In this document: piece after piece, positions 10,416 through 19,271 of the stretch
How positions within the stretch are numbered: the first letter of the stretch is position 1
Layout of the letters: the number at the start of each line of letters is the position of its first letter
Assembly: GCA_963707095.1 (NCBI GenBank)
Contig: CAVPOR010000011.1
Coordinates: forward strand, 53,914 to 117,913
DNA length: 64,000 nucleotides
Source of the DNA: an uncultured Alphaproteobacteria bacterium
Lineage (GTDB): Bacteria; Pseudomonadota; Alphaproteobacteria; Rhizobiales; Xanthobacteraceae
Reading direction: 5' to 3'
Translations under genes and position numbers: made by a program
Notes under the pieces: generated by a model
What the model saw: the letters and a program-made list of their open reading frames with translations, nothing else
Told to the model about the DNA's origin: nothing
Database searches by the model: none

Positions 10416-10781
10416 TCAGGCACGTGCCAGCAAGCCTGCCGCCAGTTCGCGGTTGATGTTGATCAATGAGCCGAGATTCTCCGGCTTCGGATCGGCCAGC
10501 ACGGCCAATGTTTGCTTGAACACGAAGATTCCCAGATTGGCGACGTTCTGGCGCAGGCCGGCCGGCAGCGGGTTTTCCGTGCTGGTGGCCGAGGTGACAA
10601 AGACCGACCAAAGCTTGCGGTTATAAAGAAGCGCCGCGTCGAGGTCGGGACTCTTGTCATTCCAGCCGTCGCGAATGGCTTGCAAGCGCGCGGCCGCGCT
10701 CAGAAGCAGATCGGCTTCCAGTTCACGCGGACTTGCGGTCTGGTTCGCGACCTTGCCGTAGGCGCGGGTTGCTTGTTGCAT
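10416..10781 (-). CDS. flaF: Flagellin translation regulator FlaF
   Basis: SPRELEA, ALLYNRKLW, ENPLP..LRQNVANLGIFV, LININRELAAGL. Confidence 0.93.
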   Translation of the reverse strand: MQQATRAYGKVANQTASPRELEADLLLSAAARLQAIRDGWNDKSPDLDAALLYNRKLWSVFVTSATSTENPLPAGLRQNVANLGIFVFKQTLAVLADPKPENLGSLININRELAAGLLARA

Positions 10782-11157
10782 GATCGATGAGCTCCTTCTC
10801 GTAGGCTATGAGTGTCTTGGCGCTTTTGAGCGCCTGATACATCTGGCCGGCCAGGATGTGGTTGCAGATAGTCTGCATATGGGGCCAAGAACTCGGCGCC
10901 GCCTGCACCAGATCGCGCATCAGCGAGAAAAACGTTTCATGATGCAAGCGCGGATCGCGCGAGGTGTACATGATCTGGACGCAAAGATAGATGCGCTTGG
11001 CGGGCGTGTCGGCCTGCGCCGGCGTCATGATGTCCTTCTCGCGCAGGATCGGCGCCTGCCCCTCGACCAAAAGCCGCGTGCGTTGATCGCCATTGGTGAT
11101 CAGGCATTCGCCGAGAATGCATCGCTCGCCGGGTTTTAGCTCGACCTTGAGGCCCAT
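10723..11157 (-). CDS. flbT: Flagellin post-transcriptional regulator FlbT
   Basis: MGLKVELKPGER, PILREKDIM, ADTPAKRIY, YQALKSAKTLIAYE. Confidence 0.93.
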   Translation of the reverse strand: MGLKVELKPGERCILGECLITNGDQRTRLLVEGQAPILREKDIMTPAQADTPAKRIYLCVQIMYTSRDPRLHHETFFSLMRDLVQAAPSSWPHMQTICNHILAGQMYQALKSAKTLIAYEKELIDHATSNPRLRQGREPDRKSA

Positions 11158-11231
11158 TCGGTGCCGCTCCTTGCGACCGCTTCAGATAGCTAATGTGGCG
11201 TAAGGCCCGGAGCTTCCGCCAAGGGTGGCTG

Positions 11232-12048
11232 CTACTGGAACAACCGCAGCACGTTCTGATCGGATTGCGCGGCGAGCGACAGGGCGGTGGTCGACAACTG
11301 CTGGCGGGTCTGCAAGGCGAGAAGGTTTGCGCCCTCTTCGTTGCTGTCGGCCAGCGTGAGGTTGTCGGAGCCGGTTTGCAGCGTGTTGATCATCGCCGAC
11401 GTGAAATCCTGGCGGATTTGCACGGTCGACAGGTTGGAGCTCAATGTCTGGGATTCCGACTGCAACGAGCTAAGCGCGCTGCTCAGCGCCGTGGACGCCG
11501 CGGTGATGTCGGAAGCGGACGCCCAGCTATTGGTCGCGGCGGCGATGCCCAGCGGCGTGTTGCCGGTGTAGTTGGCGCCCGTCACGCTGATGCTCGAATT
11601 GCCCGTTTCGTCGAGGTTGACGGTCAAGGTACCGCCGGCGAGCAAATTGACGCCGTTGAAGCCCGAGTCGCCGGCGAGCTGGCTGATCTGGGTCAGCAGG
11701 CCGTTGAATTGGGTCGCCAGCGTCGCCTGGGTCGTCGTGTTGCCGGCCTGCTGGGCCTGGCTGACGAGAGCTTGCGCCGACTGCACCAGCTTGGTGATCG
11801 CCGTGATGCCGTTGTTGGCCGCCTGGATGGTGCTGATGCCGTTGGACATGGAGTCCAGCAGGCTGCTCAGGTTGTTCGCGCGCGTGTCGAGGCCCTGCGC
11901 GGTGAAGAAACTGATGGCGTTATCGAGCGCGGAATTGACCTTCTTGCCGGTCGCCAGATCGGTTTGCGTGGTGTCGATCAATTTCGATGTCTGCTGCAAT
12001 TGCAAAAGATTTCGAACGGACCCCGCTCGAAAGTACAATGTCACTCAT
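11232..12048 (-). CDS. fliC: Flagellin (minimal, 271 aa after removing one extra base at 12010-12012)
   Basis: GAGGAG RBS then ATG 12048 MSDIVLSSGVRS; one extra A before NLLQLQ. LATGKKVNSALDN, DSGFNGVNLL, EEGANLLALQTRQQL. Confidence 0.9.
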
Positions 12049-12108
12049 GGCAAGCTCCTCACCTTTTCAGGGCCAAATCGCTTAGCCGCCGATAATGAGT
12101 TGTTAGGG

Positions 12109-12154
12109 TTGATAGACGGTTAAAATTCACCGGCATTATGATTTTGTTAACCAT
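12109..12154. promoter_or_regulatory. Two CtrA-type boxes upstream of the downstream flagellin
   Basis: TTGA-N7-TTAA at 12109-12123 and TTAT-N7-TTAAC(CAT) at 12136-12154. Confidence 0.6.
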
Positions 12155-12167
12155 AAATAAATCGGGC

Positions 12168-12199
12168 CAAAAAAACGGCGGCCCGAGGGCCGCCGTTTG
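12168..12199 (-). terminator. Intrinsic terminator after the upstream flagellin
   Basis: Minus strand AAACGGCGGCCC-TC-GGGCCGCCGTTTTTTT. Confidence 0.8.
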
Positions 12200-12219
12200 T
12201 ATCGGATTTGCCGAAACGC

Positions 12220-13036
12220 TTACTGGAACAGCCGCAGCACGTTCTGGTCGGACTGCGAAGCAAGCGACAGCGCGGTGGTCGACAGCTGCTGGCGGGTCTG
12301 CAAGGCAAGCAGGTCCGCGCCTTCCTGGTTCGAAGTCGGCCAAAGTGAGGTTGTCCGAGCCGGTTTGCAGCGTGTTGATCATCGCATTCGTGAAGTCCTG
12401 ACGGATCTGCACGGTCGACAGGCTGGCGCTCAGGGTCTGCGACTCGGTCTGCAGCGAAGTGAGGGCGCTGCTCAGGGACGTGGACGCCGCGGTGATGTCG
12501 GAAGCGGACGCCCAGCTGTTGGTCGCGGTGGCGATGCTCAGCGGCGTGTTGCCGGTGTAGGTAACGCCGGTCACCGTGACGCTCGAGGTGCCCGATTCGT
12601 CGAGGTTGATGGTCAGGCTGGAACCGCCGAGCAGGTTGACGCCGTTGAAGCCCGAGTCACCAGCGAGCTGACTGATCTGGGTCAGCAGCGCGTCGAACTG
12701 GGTCGCGAGGGCGGCCTGGGTCGTGGTGTTGCCGGCCTGCTGGGCCTGGCTGACGAGCGCTTGCGCCGACTGCACCAACTTGGTGATCGCCGTGATGCCG
12801 TTATTGGCGGCCTGAATCGTGCTGGTGCCGTTGGACATGGTGTCCAGCAAGCCGCTCAGCTCGTTGGCGCGGTTGTCGAGGCCCTGCGCGGTGAAGTAGC
12901 TGCTTGCGTTGTCGAGAGCGGAATTGACCTTCTTGCCGGTGGCCAGATCCGTTTGCGTGGTGTTGATCAGGTTCGAGGTCTGCTGCAACTGCAGCAGGTT
13001 CGAACGGACACCCGCGGAGAGAACAATACTAGACAT
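12220..13036 (-). CDS. fliC: Flagellin (minimal, 271 aa after removing one extra base at 12333-12334)
   Basis: MSSIVLSAGVRSNLLQLQ start; paralog of 11232-12048. Removing one base restores ADSNQEGADLLALQTRQQL...LRLFQ and a TAA stop. Confidence 0.9.
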
Positions 13037-13280
13037 CTTTAGGTACCTTTCTGGTGAGTATGCCGTACTGGCGGTTAGACGCGTCGATCGACTGGATCGG
13101 TAAATGTCATCGCACACGGCTCCAAACGGGCCGTAAAAGAGTATGGTTAATGCCTTCTCGCCGGCTTAGCGTGATCGCTATACTTTAAATTGAATTGGCC
13201 CCTTATTTTGCGCTGGGAGATCCACGAATTTCATCGATATCAGTGGCAAAATGCAGCCATGCTTGCGCTAATCGGCGCTA

Positions 13281-13296
13281 TTAACAATTCGCTAAC
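13281..13296 (+). promoter_or_regulatory. CtrA-type box in the divergent flagellin/orphan gene interval
   Basis: TTAA-CAATTCG-CTAAC (one mismatch); TTAACCAT 8-mer on the minus strand at 13143-13150. Confidence 0.55.
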
Positions 13297-13353
13297 GGTT
13301 AGGATTGCTTAACCGTCCTAACCTATGCTTATGCCGCGTAGGAATAACCGCCA

Positions 13354-13947
13354 ATGACCTCGGCTATCGGTGCATCGCCCCTGAGCAGCGGCTCGAGTGC
13401 AAGCTCGAGTTCGGCTACGAATTGGATCGCTGATACGATCACCGCGATCAACAACAATCAAAATCAGGGCGGCCTGTTGGGCATGCTGCAAAATGCCACC
13501 ACCGCCGATGGCAGCATCAATTCGTTTCTGGGGCAGAGTTCCAATACCGCGAATGCATTCGCGACGATTTCGCAAACCAACCTGACAAATGCGTCCAGCC
13601 TGGTCGCGCAGATCGCCGCGACGAATATGCAGCAGGCCAGTGCGAAAAAGCTGCAAGACGCACTGAATCAGCTGACCGCGAAGCAGCAGGAAGTTCAGCC
13701 GAAAAACACCCTCGATCCCGTTATTTACTTCCCCGACGGATCGACGATCGACACCACCAGTAACATCCTCACCGAGACGGACGGAACGCAATACGACATC
13801 ACGACCGGATTGAAATATGTGGACCCCGCGTCGATCGTGCAGCTGGGCAACGGCGCTTTTCTCAACACCAGCACCAATATCATGACGATGGCCGACGGCA
13901 CGCAGATCGACGCGGTGACCGGCCTGGTCGTTTCGAAAACGGCCTAA
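13354..13947 (+). CDS. Hypothetical Ser/Thr/Asn/Gln-rich protein, probable flagellar export substrate
   Basis: AGGA RBS, 197 aa, no Arg/Cys/His, no signal peptide, C-terminal tandem repeat. The function is inferred. Confidence 0.75.
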   Translation: MTSAIGASPLSSGSSASSSSATNWIADTITAINNNQNQGGLLGMLQNATTADGSINSFLGQSSNTANAFATISQTNLTNASSLVAQIAATNMQQASAKKLQDALNQLTAKQQEVQPKNTLDPVIYFPDGSTIDTTSNILTETDGTQYDITTGLKYVDPASIVQLGNGAFLNTSTNIMTMADGTQIDAVTGLVVSKTA

Positions 13948-13972
13948 GCGCGCCGCCTTACATCATTGGACT

Positions 13973-14443
13973 TTATAAAGTTCGGCTGATCGCCAGCGGC
14001 TGGCTCGCTTTGGCAGCCGGCACATTGGCGCGGCCGGTGGCGCCATAGGTCGAGGGCGCCCGCTTGCGCGCGAGTTCTCCGGAGATGCCGCGGATGATAC
14101 CTTCCGATACCGCGTGCGCGGTCGCCAGCACCGACAGATTGGTTTGCAGCAGGACCTGGAACGCGGCATTGCGCTTGCGCAACGCCGCGAACGCGTCGGG
14201 CAGCGCAGCCGCAATCAAATCGCGGGCAGCCATCACGCGCTCGCTTTCGGTGGCGTAGTGACGGGAGAACTCGGACTTGGTTTCGCTTAGCTCGGCCGCA
14301 TCACGCAGACGTCCGGCGCGCACGCGCGCGGTTTCTTCCTCGACCGTCTCCATAAGGCGGTCCAGGATGATGTTGAGGTTGGCAATTACCCGCTCAGCCT
14401 CGCCGGCGCTGGCGATCGATGTCTCGCGCGCGCGAGCGTTCAT
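13973..14443 (-). CDS. flgN: FlgN-like flagellar export chaperone
   Basis: Helical protein (VEEETARVRAG, LQTNLSVLATAHAVSEGIIRG, STYGATGR) directly after flgJ. Confidence 0.65.
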   Translation of the reverse strand: MNARARETSIASAGEAERVIANLNIILDRLMETVEEETARVRAGRLRDAAELSETKSEFSRHYATESERVMAARDLIAAALPDAFAALRKRNAAFQVLLQTNLSVLATAHAVSEGIIRGISGELARKRAPSTYGATGRANVPAAKASQPLAISRTL

Positions 14444-14769
14444 GACCGGGCTTCCTGATGCGCGATCAGGCTTTTGTAGACTTGGTCGGCGATGCCGATG
14501 CCGCCGGCCTTGGCGATCGACTTGGCATATTGGTCGGTAAGCACCGACCGCCAAACGCCGGTGGCGCCTTGGCCGCCGAACGGACCTTCGCCGTCGATGC
14601 CGGTAAACATGTGCTGGAACATGGAATTGAGGAACACCGCTTCGAAGTCCCGCGCCGCCGCGCGCGCTCTGTCCTTGCTGGGGAGGGCGGGCTTGCCGGC
14701 CGGCGCATTGATGCTGAGCATGTCGAGCGCGCTTAGTCCCGGCGCGGTCATGGGCAGGGCGCTCGCCAT
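14440..14769 (-). CDS. flgJ: Single-domain rod-binding protein FlgJ
   Basis: AARDFEAVFLNSMFQHM, GGIGIADQVYKSL. Confidence 0.88.
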   Translation of the reverse strand: MASALPMTAPGLSALDMLSINAPAGKPALPSKDRARAAARDFEAVFLNSMFQHMFTGIDGEGPFGGQGATGVWRSVLTDQYAKSIAKAGGIGIADQVYKSLIAHQEARS

Positions 14770-15881
14770 CACATTACCTCGATGTCGGCCTGGATCGCGC
14801 CCGCAGCCTTGATCGCCTGCAGGATGGCGATCAGGTCGCGCGGACCGATGCCGAGCGAATTGAGCCCGTCCACAAGTTGCTGCAGCGATACGCCGTCCTT
14901 GACCAGCGCGAACTTCTTGCCGTCCTCCTGCACACCGATACTGGTGCGTGGCACGGTGCGGGTGCTGCCGCCGCGCGAGAACGGCGAGGGCTGGCTCACT
15001 TGCGGCGTCTCGGTGATGGTGACGGTGAGGTTGCCTTGCGCCACCGCCACCATGGAAACCCGCACGTCGCGGCCCATGACGATGATGCCGGAGCGCTCGT
15101 CGATCACGATCTTGGCGGCCTGGTCCGGCTCGACCTGGAGCTGCTCGATCTCGGTGAGCAGCGAAATCACATTGCCGCGATATTGCTGTGGGACGGTGAT
15201 GCCGACGGTGCCGGGATCGAGCGGCTCGGCGGTCGGGGTGCCCATGAAGTCGTTGATGGCGGCGGCGATGCGTTTGGCGGTGGTGAAATCAGGATTGCGC
15301 AGCGCCATGCGCAACTGGCTCAGTTTGTTGAGCGTGAATTCGATCTCGCGCTCGATGAGCGCGCCATTGGCGATGCGCCCGACCGTCGGCACGCCGCGCA
15401 CGATCTTGGCGGCTTCGCCTTCGGCCTGGAACCCGCCGATCGCCACCGAGCCCTGACCGACCGCGTAAACATTGCCGTCGGCGCCGAGCAGCGGGGTGAC
15501 CAGCAGTACGCCGCCTTGCAGGCTTTTGCTGTCGCCCAGGGCGGAAACGGTGATGTCGATGCGCGTGCCTTGCGTGCCGAAGGGCGGCAGATTGGCGGTC
15601 ACCATCACGGCGGCGACGTTGCCGGTGCGCAGGGTCTGGCCGCGGATGTTGACGCCGAGCCGCTCCAGCATCGCGGTGAGCGACTGCTTGGTGAAGGGAA
15701 TGTTGTTGAGGGTGTCGCCGGTGCCGTTGAGCCCGACCACCAATCCATAACCGATGAGCTGGTTCTGGCGCACGCCCTCGATATTGGCGAGGTCCTTGAT
15801 GCGCGAAGCAGCACCGGCGTTCGCCGAAGCAAACGCGGTCAATAGCACGGCCAGAAATAAGGCTCGCAACGTCCGCGTCAT
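14769..15881 (-). CDS. flgI: Flagellar P-ring protein
   Basis: SRIKDLA, NQLIGYGLVVGLNGTGD, LQAIKAAGAIQAD; signal peptide from ATG 15881 after GGGGAG. Confidence 0.96.
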   Translation of the reverse strand: MTRTLRALFLAVLLTAFASANAGAASRIKDLANIEGVRQNQLIGYGLVVGLNGTGDTLNNIPFTKQSLTAMLERLGVNIRGQTLRTGNVAAVMVTANLPPFGTQGTRIDITVSALGDSKSLQGGVLLVTPLLGADGNVYAVGQGSVAIGGFQAEGEAAKIVRGVPTVGRIANGALIEREIEFTLNKLSQLRMALRNPDFTTAKRIAAAINDFMGTPTAEPLDPGTVGITVPQQYRGNVISLLTEIEQLQVEPDQAAKIVIDERSGIIVMGRDVRVSMVAVAQGNLTVTITETPQVSQPSPFSRGGSTRTVPRTSIGVQEDGKKFALVKDGVSLQQLVDGLNSLGIGPRDLIAILQAIKAAGAIQADIEVM

Positions 15882-15918
15882 CACTCTCCCCAATGTGACG
15901 TTCGACTGACACTTGTTA

Positions 15919-16069
15919 TGCGAACGCCGTGCCAATGTGCCGAGACGAGTCAAGACGCTGGCAACGCTGCGGTTTTTGAATCGGCGCGGGTAACCTGGGC
16001 CGCAGCCGGACCGGCAGGAAAGGGCCCAAGCGGCAAGTTTTGCCGGGGCTTTTACCGGGGATTAACCAT
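15919..16069. promoter_or_regulatory. Divergent flgI/fliX control region: sigma54 promoter (flgI), ftr-like enhancer, CtrA box (fliX)
   Basis: Minus strand TGGCAC-GGCGT-TCGCA at 15919-15934; CGGCAAGTTTTGCCG at 16031-16045; TTTA-N7-TTAACCAT at 16051-16069. Confidence 0.72.
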
Positions 16070-16129
16070 AACGGTTCAGGTTCCGAGGTATTCGGGGACC
16101 GACGACGTTTCGGTTGGGGTTATTCAGCG

Positions 16130-16540
16130 ATGCGCATTTACGGATCGAACGGGGCTGCACTGGCGTCCGCGCCGGCCACGGCGCGACGCAGCGCCGGCGG
16201 CTCGTTCAACGTCAGCGAGCAGGAGCAGCCGCGCAATTCCACGGCCGCTGGATCGCTGCGCGCGATCTCGACGGTCGATGCGCTTATTGCCTTGCAAGGT
16301 GTCGAGGATCCGACCGAGCGCAAGAAGCGCGCGGTGGTCAAAGGCCGCAATGCGCTCGACGTGCTCGATACGCTCAAGCTCTCGCTGCTCGACGGCAGCG
16401 TGGACCGCTCGACCCTGGCGCGCTTGCAGGTGGTGGCCGAGGGGCTGACCGAGGAGACCGGCGATCCGGGGCTCAATACGGTGTTGAGCGAGATCGATCT
16501 GCGCGTGGCGGTCGAATTGGCCAAGGCGGGCATTCGCTAG
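16130..16540 (+). CDS. fliX: Flagellar assembly regulator FliX
   Basis: DALIALQGVEDPTERKKRAV, LDVLDTLKLSLL, EIDLRVAVELAK; divergent from flgI. Confidence 0.9.
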   Translation: MRIYGSNGAALASAPATARRSAGGSFNVSEQEQPRNSTAAGSLRAISTVDALIALQGVEDPTERKKRAVVKGRNALDVLDTLKLSLLDGSVDRSTLARLQVVAEGLTEETGDPGLNTVLSEIDLRVAVELAKAGIR

Positions 16541-16773
16541 CTCAGCGTCCCGCTATCTCCGAAACTCTTCAAAGTCGACTGCGCTATCGCTTCGGGACGG
16601 GGTGACCCGCTTGCGGCCGCACGGCCTAAGTCACTGAAATATCATGATAAGTCATCCGGCCATTCGGCTGTATTCCGATATTGTCCCGGCGTGGGCGCCC
16701 GTATATAAGCCTGCCGCACCGGGAGGGTGGACTTCGCAGTTCAATAATAAAAGAAGACAGGGAGTTCAGTGGG

Positions 16774-17187
16774 ATGTTGGCCAAGACCAAGACGTATCGG
16801 CCGTCTGATAAAGAGCCGTTTATGAATGAGCGCCAGCGGGATTATTTCCGCCTGAAGCTGCTCACGTGGCGGGAAGACATTCTGAAAGAAGCCAAGGAGA
16901 CGCTCTTGCATCTGCAGGAGGAGAACCAAAATCACCCCGACATCGCCGACCGCGCGTCATCGGAGACCGACCGCGCCATCGAGTTGCGCGCGCGCGACCG
17001 CCAGCGCAAGCTGATCTCCAAGATCGACGAAGCGCTCACCCGCATCGACGACGGCACCTACGGCTATTGCGAGGAGACCGGCGAGCCGATCTCGCTGCGC
17101 CGCCTGGAAGCGCGCCCGATCGCGACGCTGTCGGTGGAGGCGCAGGAGCGCCACGAGCGGCGCGAGCGGGTCTATCGCGACGATTGA
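16774..17187 (+). CDS. dksA: RNA polymerase-binding protein DksA
   Basis: FMNERQRDYFR, PDIADRASSE, YGYCEETGEPI, RLEARPIATL. Confidence 0.95.
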   Translation: MLAKTKTYRPSDKEPFMNERQRDYFRLKLLTWREDILKEAKETLLHLQEENQNHPDIADRASSETDRAIELRARDRQRKLISKIDEALTRIDDGTYGYCEETGEPISLRRLEARPIATLSVEAQERHERRERVYRDD

Positions 17188-17299
17188 GAACTGCGGCGTC
17201 TGATCGTTCTGAAAAGTTGTGATGCCCGGCCCAGCGCCGGGCATTTCGATTGCGGGCAGGCAATCTATATGCTCCGCACCAATAGTCTGTTCCCCCGTA

Positions 17300-17410
17300 C
17301 CAAAACGTCCACGGCCTCCGGCTGGGGAGCTGCCGGAGGCCGCGTCGTTGACGCCGTCTTCGCTCGCGCAAACGAAAACGGCGCGGGAGTCCTGAGCTAC
17401 GCTACAAGCC
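17300..17410 (-). ncRNA. Candidate structured 3' trailer RNA/terminator downstream of flgH
   Basis: Two hairpins on the minus strand: a 14-bp stem with G-U pairs, and an 11-bp stem with loop AGCUCCCCA followed by a short U tract. Independent sRNA status is inference. Confidence 0.4.
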
Positions 17411-17424
17411 GAACCCTATGTTGA

Positions 17425-18178
17425 TTAGAACGGCAGGATCACGTCGAACAATTGCTGGCCATAACGCGGCTGCTGCACATCGGTGAGCTGGCCGCGTCCG
17501 CCATACGAGATGCGCGCCTGGGCGATCTTGCTCGAGTCGATGGTGTTGTCGCTCTCGATATCTTCCGGCCGGACGACGCCGGCGACGATCAGCTCGCGCA
17601 TTTCGAAGTTGACCCGGATCTCCTGCTTGCCCTCGATCACCAGGTTGCCGTTCGGCAGCACCTGGGTGACCACGCCGGCGACGTTGGTCTGCAAGGCCTC
17701 CTGGCGGGCGACCGAGCCCTTGCCGTCGCTCGATGAGGTCGAATCCGCCGTCAGCAGCCGCCCGGGCACGCCGGTGTTCAAAATGGGAATTTTCGATTTG
17801 CCGAAGAAGTTGGTGATGCCGGAATCTTCCGCCGACGTGCGTGTGCGCTGGGTCTCGTCGGCGATATTGGCCTTGTCGGTGATGTTGACCTTGCACCGTG
17901 AGGATGTCGCCGATCTGGTGCGCGCGCTGGTCCTTGAAGAATGCGCGCGAGCCGTTGCGCCACAGCGAATTCGGATTGTACGAGGCGGGTTGCGCCGCCG
18001 GCATCGGCATCTGCACCGGCTTGTAGCCCGGGCGCGAAGTCGGATTGTCGATCGCCGACAGGCTCGGCGCCTGGCCGATATTCTTCAGCCGATCGATGGC
18101 GGCGCAACTCGAGAGCAGCGCGGTTGCGATCGCGGCCAGCACCGCGTGACGCGTCACGTTGAGAACATTCATTGACAT
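17425..18178 (-). CDS. flgH: Flagellar L-ring lipoprotein (one extra base near 17891)
   Basis: Lipobox LSSC, NSLW, FFKDQRAHQIGDILTV, VLPNGNLVIEG, IAQARISYGGRG; 754 nt minus 1 = 251 codons. Confidence 0.93.
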
Positions 18179-18253
18179 TACTTTCACAAATGGCGCCACG
18201 GCGCCGTTTCGTTTGGCATTGAACAGGAACTCGACTTACTCGCGTTTTATCCT

Positions 18254-19262
18254 TCAACGTGTATCGCCGCTGTCCGCAGTCTGAGTGGGCGGAAGATTGG
18301 CAGCCAGCCGCGGCGGACCGGCGCCGACGATGACGCGGCCGGGGCCGGCCACCACGCCTTGCACCATGCGCTTGGATTGCTCGTTGAGCACGCTGATCAT
18401 GTCGCCTTCGGCGCCGCCTTCAGTCGCTTTGCCGCGCACCGTGAGCGTGATGCCCGGCACCTCATAGACCAGCGTCACCGTCTCGTTGCGCTGGACCAGT
18501 TCCGGCCGCATCAAGTCGGCGATGCGCAGCGGCCGTCCGGGCTGCAGCGATTGCGCGGGCGGCAAAGCCGATCGCTTGATCGGCATCGGTGACGATGTCG
18601 CGGCCGGTCTCGGCGCGCGGACGCCGCTCGACCATGCACGTCGTCGGCCTTGAGCGATCTCGCCGCGCTCGACCGGGCGGGTCACGGTGACGACCTCAAC
18701 CGTCGCCGCCGCGCGGCCGGACAGCCGCAGAGTGCCGCGGGTGGTCGTGCTGGTCGGAATGTCGAGCGTGACATCGAAGCGGCCGTTGCGTGCGTCGAAA
18801 TTCAGGTAGGCGACGCGCGGTTCGCCTTTGGCGGTTGCCTCCAGCTGCAGCGTGCGCAGTTCGCGGTCGAAATTCACAACGATGTCCTTGGCGGGGCCGA
18901 GCCCGTATTGCGTGGACAACGCCTTGGCGATGCGCTCCTCGACGTCCTTGGCGGGGATCGCGCGGCTCGCGCGCGTTACCACCACTTCGCTGACGTCGCC
19001 GGTATCGAGCCCGATCAGAGCATGGGCGCGTACCGCTTCGACCACGGCGTCGGCCGACACCGAGCCGGTTGCGCCGAGATCGGGCGCGCGAAATATCGGA
19101 ACCTTGGCGATGATGCCGGCATGATCGACCAAATCGCCGATGCGCACGATTTCGCCGGTAACGGTGGCTTGTGCCTTGAGCTTCGGGCGTTCCTGCTCGG
19201 CGGCGGCGGACGCCGCCGAACGTGGCGAGGATCGTGGCAACGAGTATGAGATTGCGGATCAT
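18254..19262 (-). CDS. flgA: P-ring formation chaperone FlgA (four apparent single-base insertions)
   Basis: Signal peptide, VRIGDL, SAF-like domain, LVQRNETVTL..GDMISVLNEQSKR; between flgG and flgH; 1009 nt minus 4 = 335 codons. Confidence 0.88.
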
Positions 19263-19271
19263 GATTATGCC

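Noticed and set aside
12059-13117. 352-aa flagellin with novel N- and C-terminal extensions
   Set aside because: This comes from an upstream in-frame start plus the single-base insertion at 12333; the corrected gene matches its paralog exactly in length.
17036-17371. Small ORF with WTFWYGGTDYWC in the dksA-flgH gap
   Set aside because: No RBS, and it runs through the hairpins and antisense into dksA; RNA structure explains the region better.
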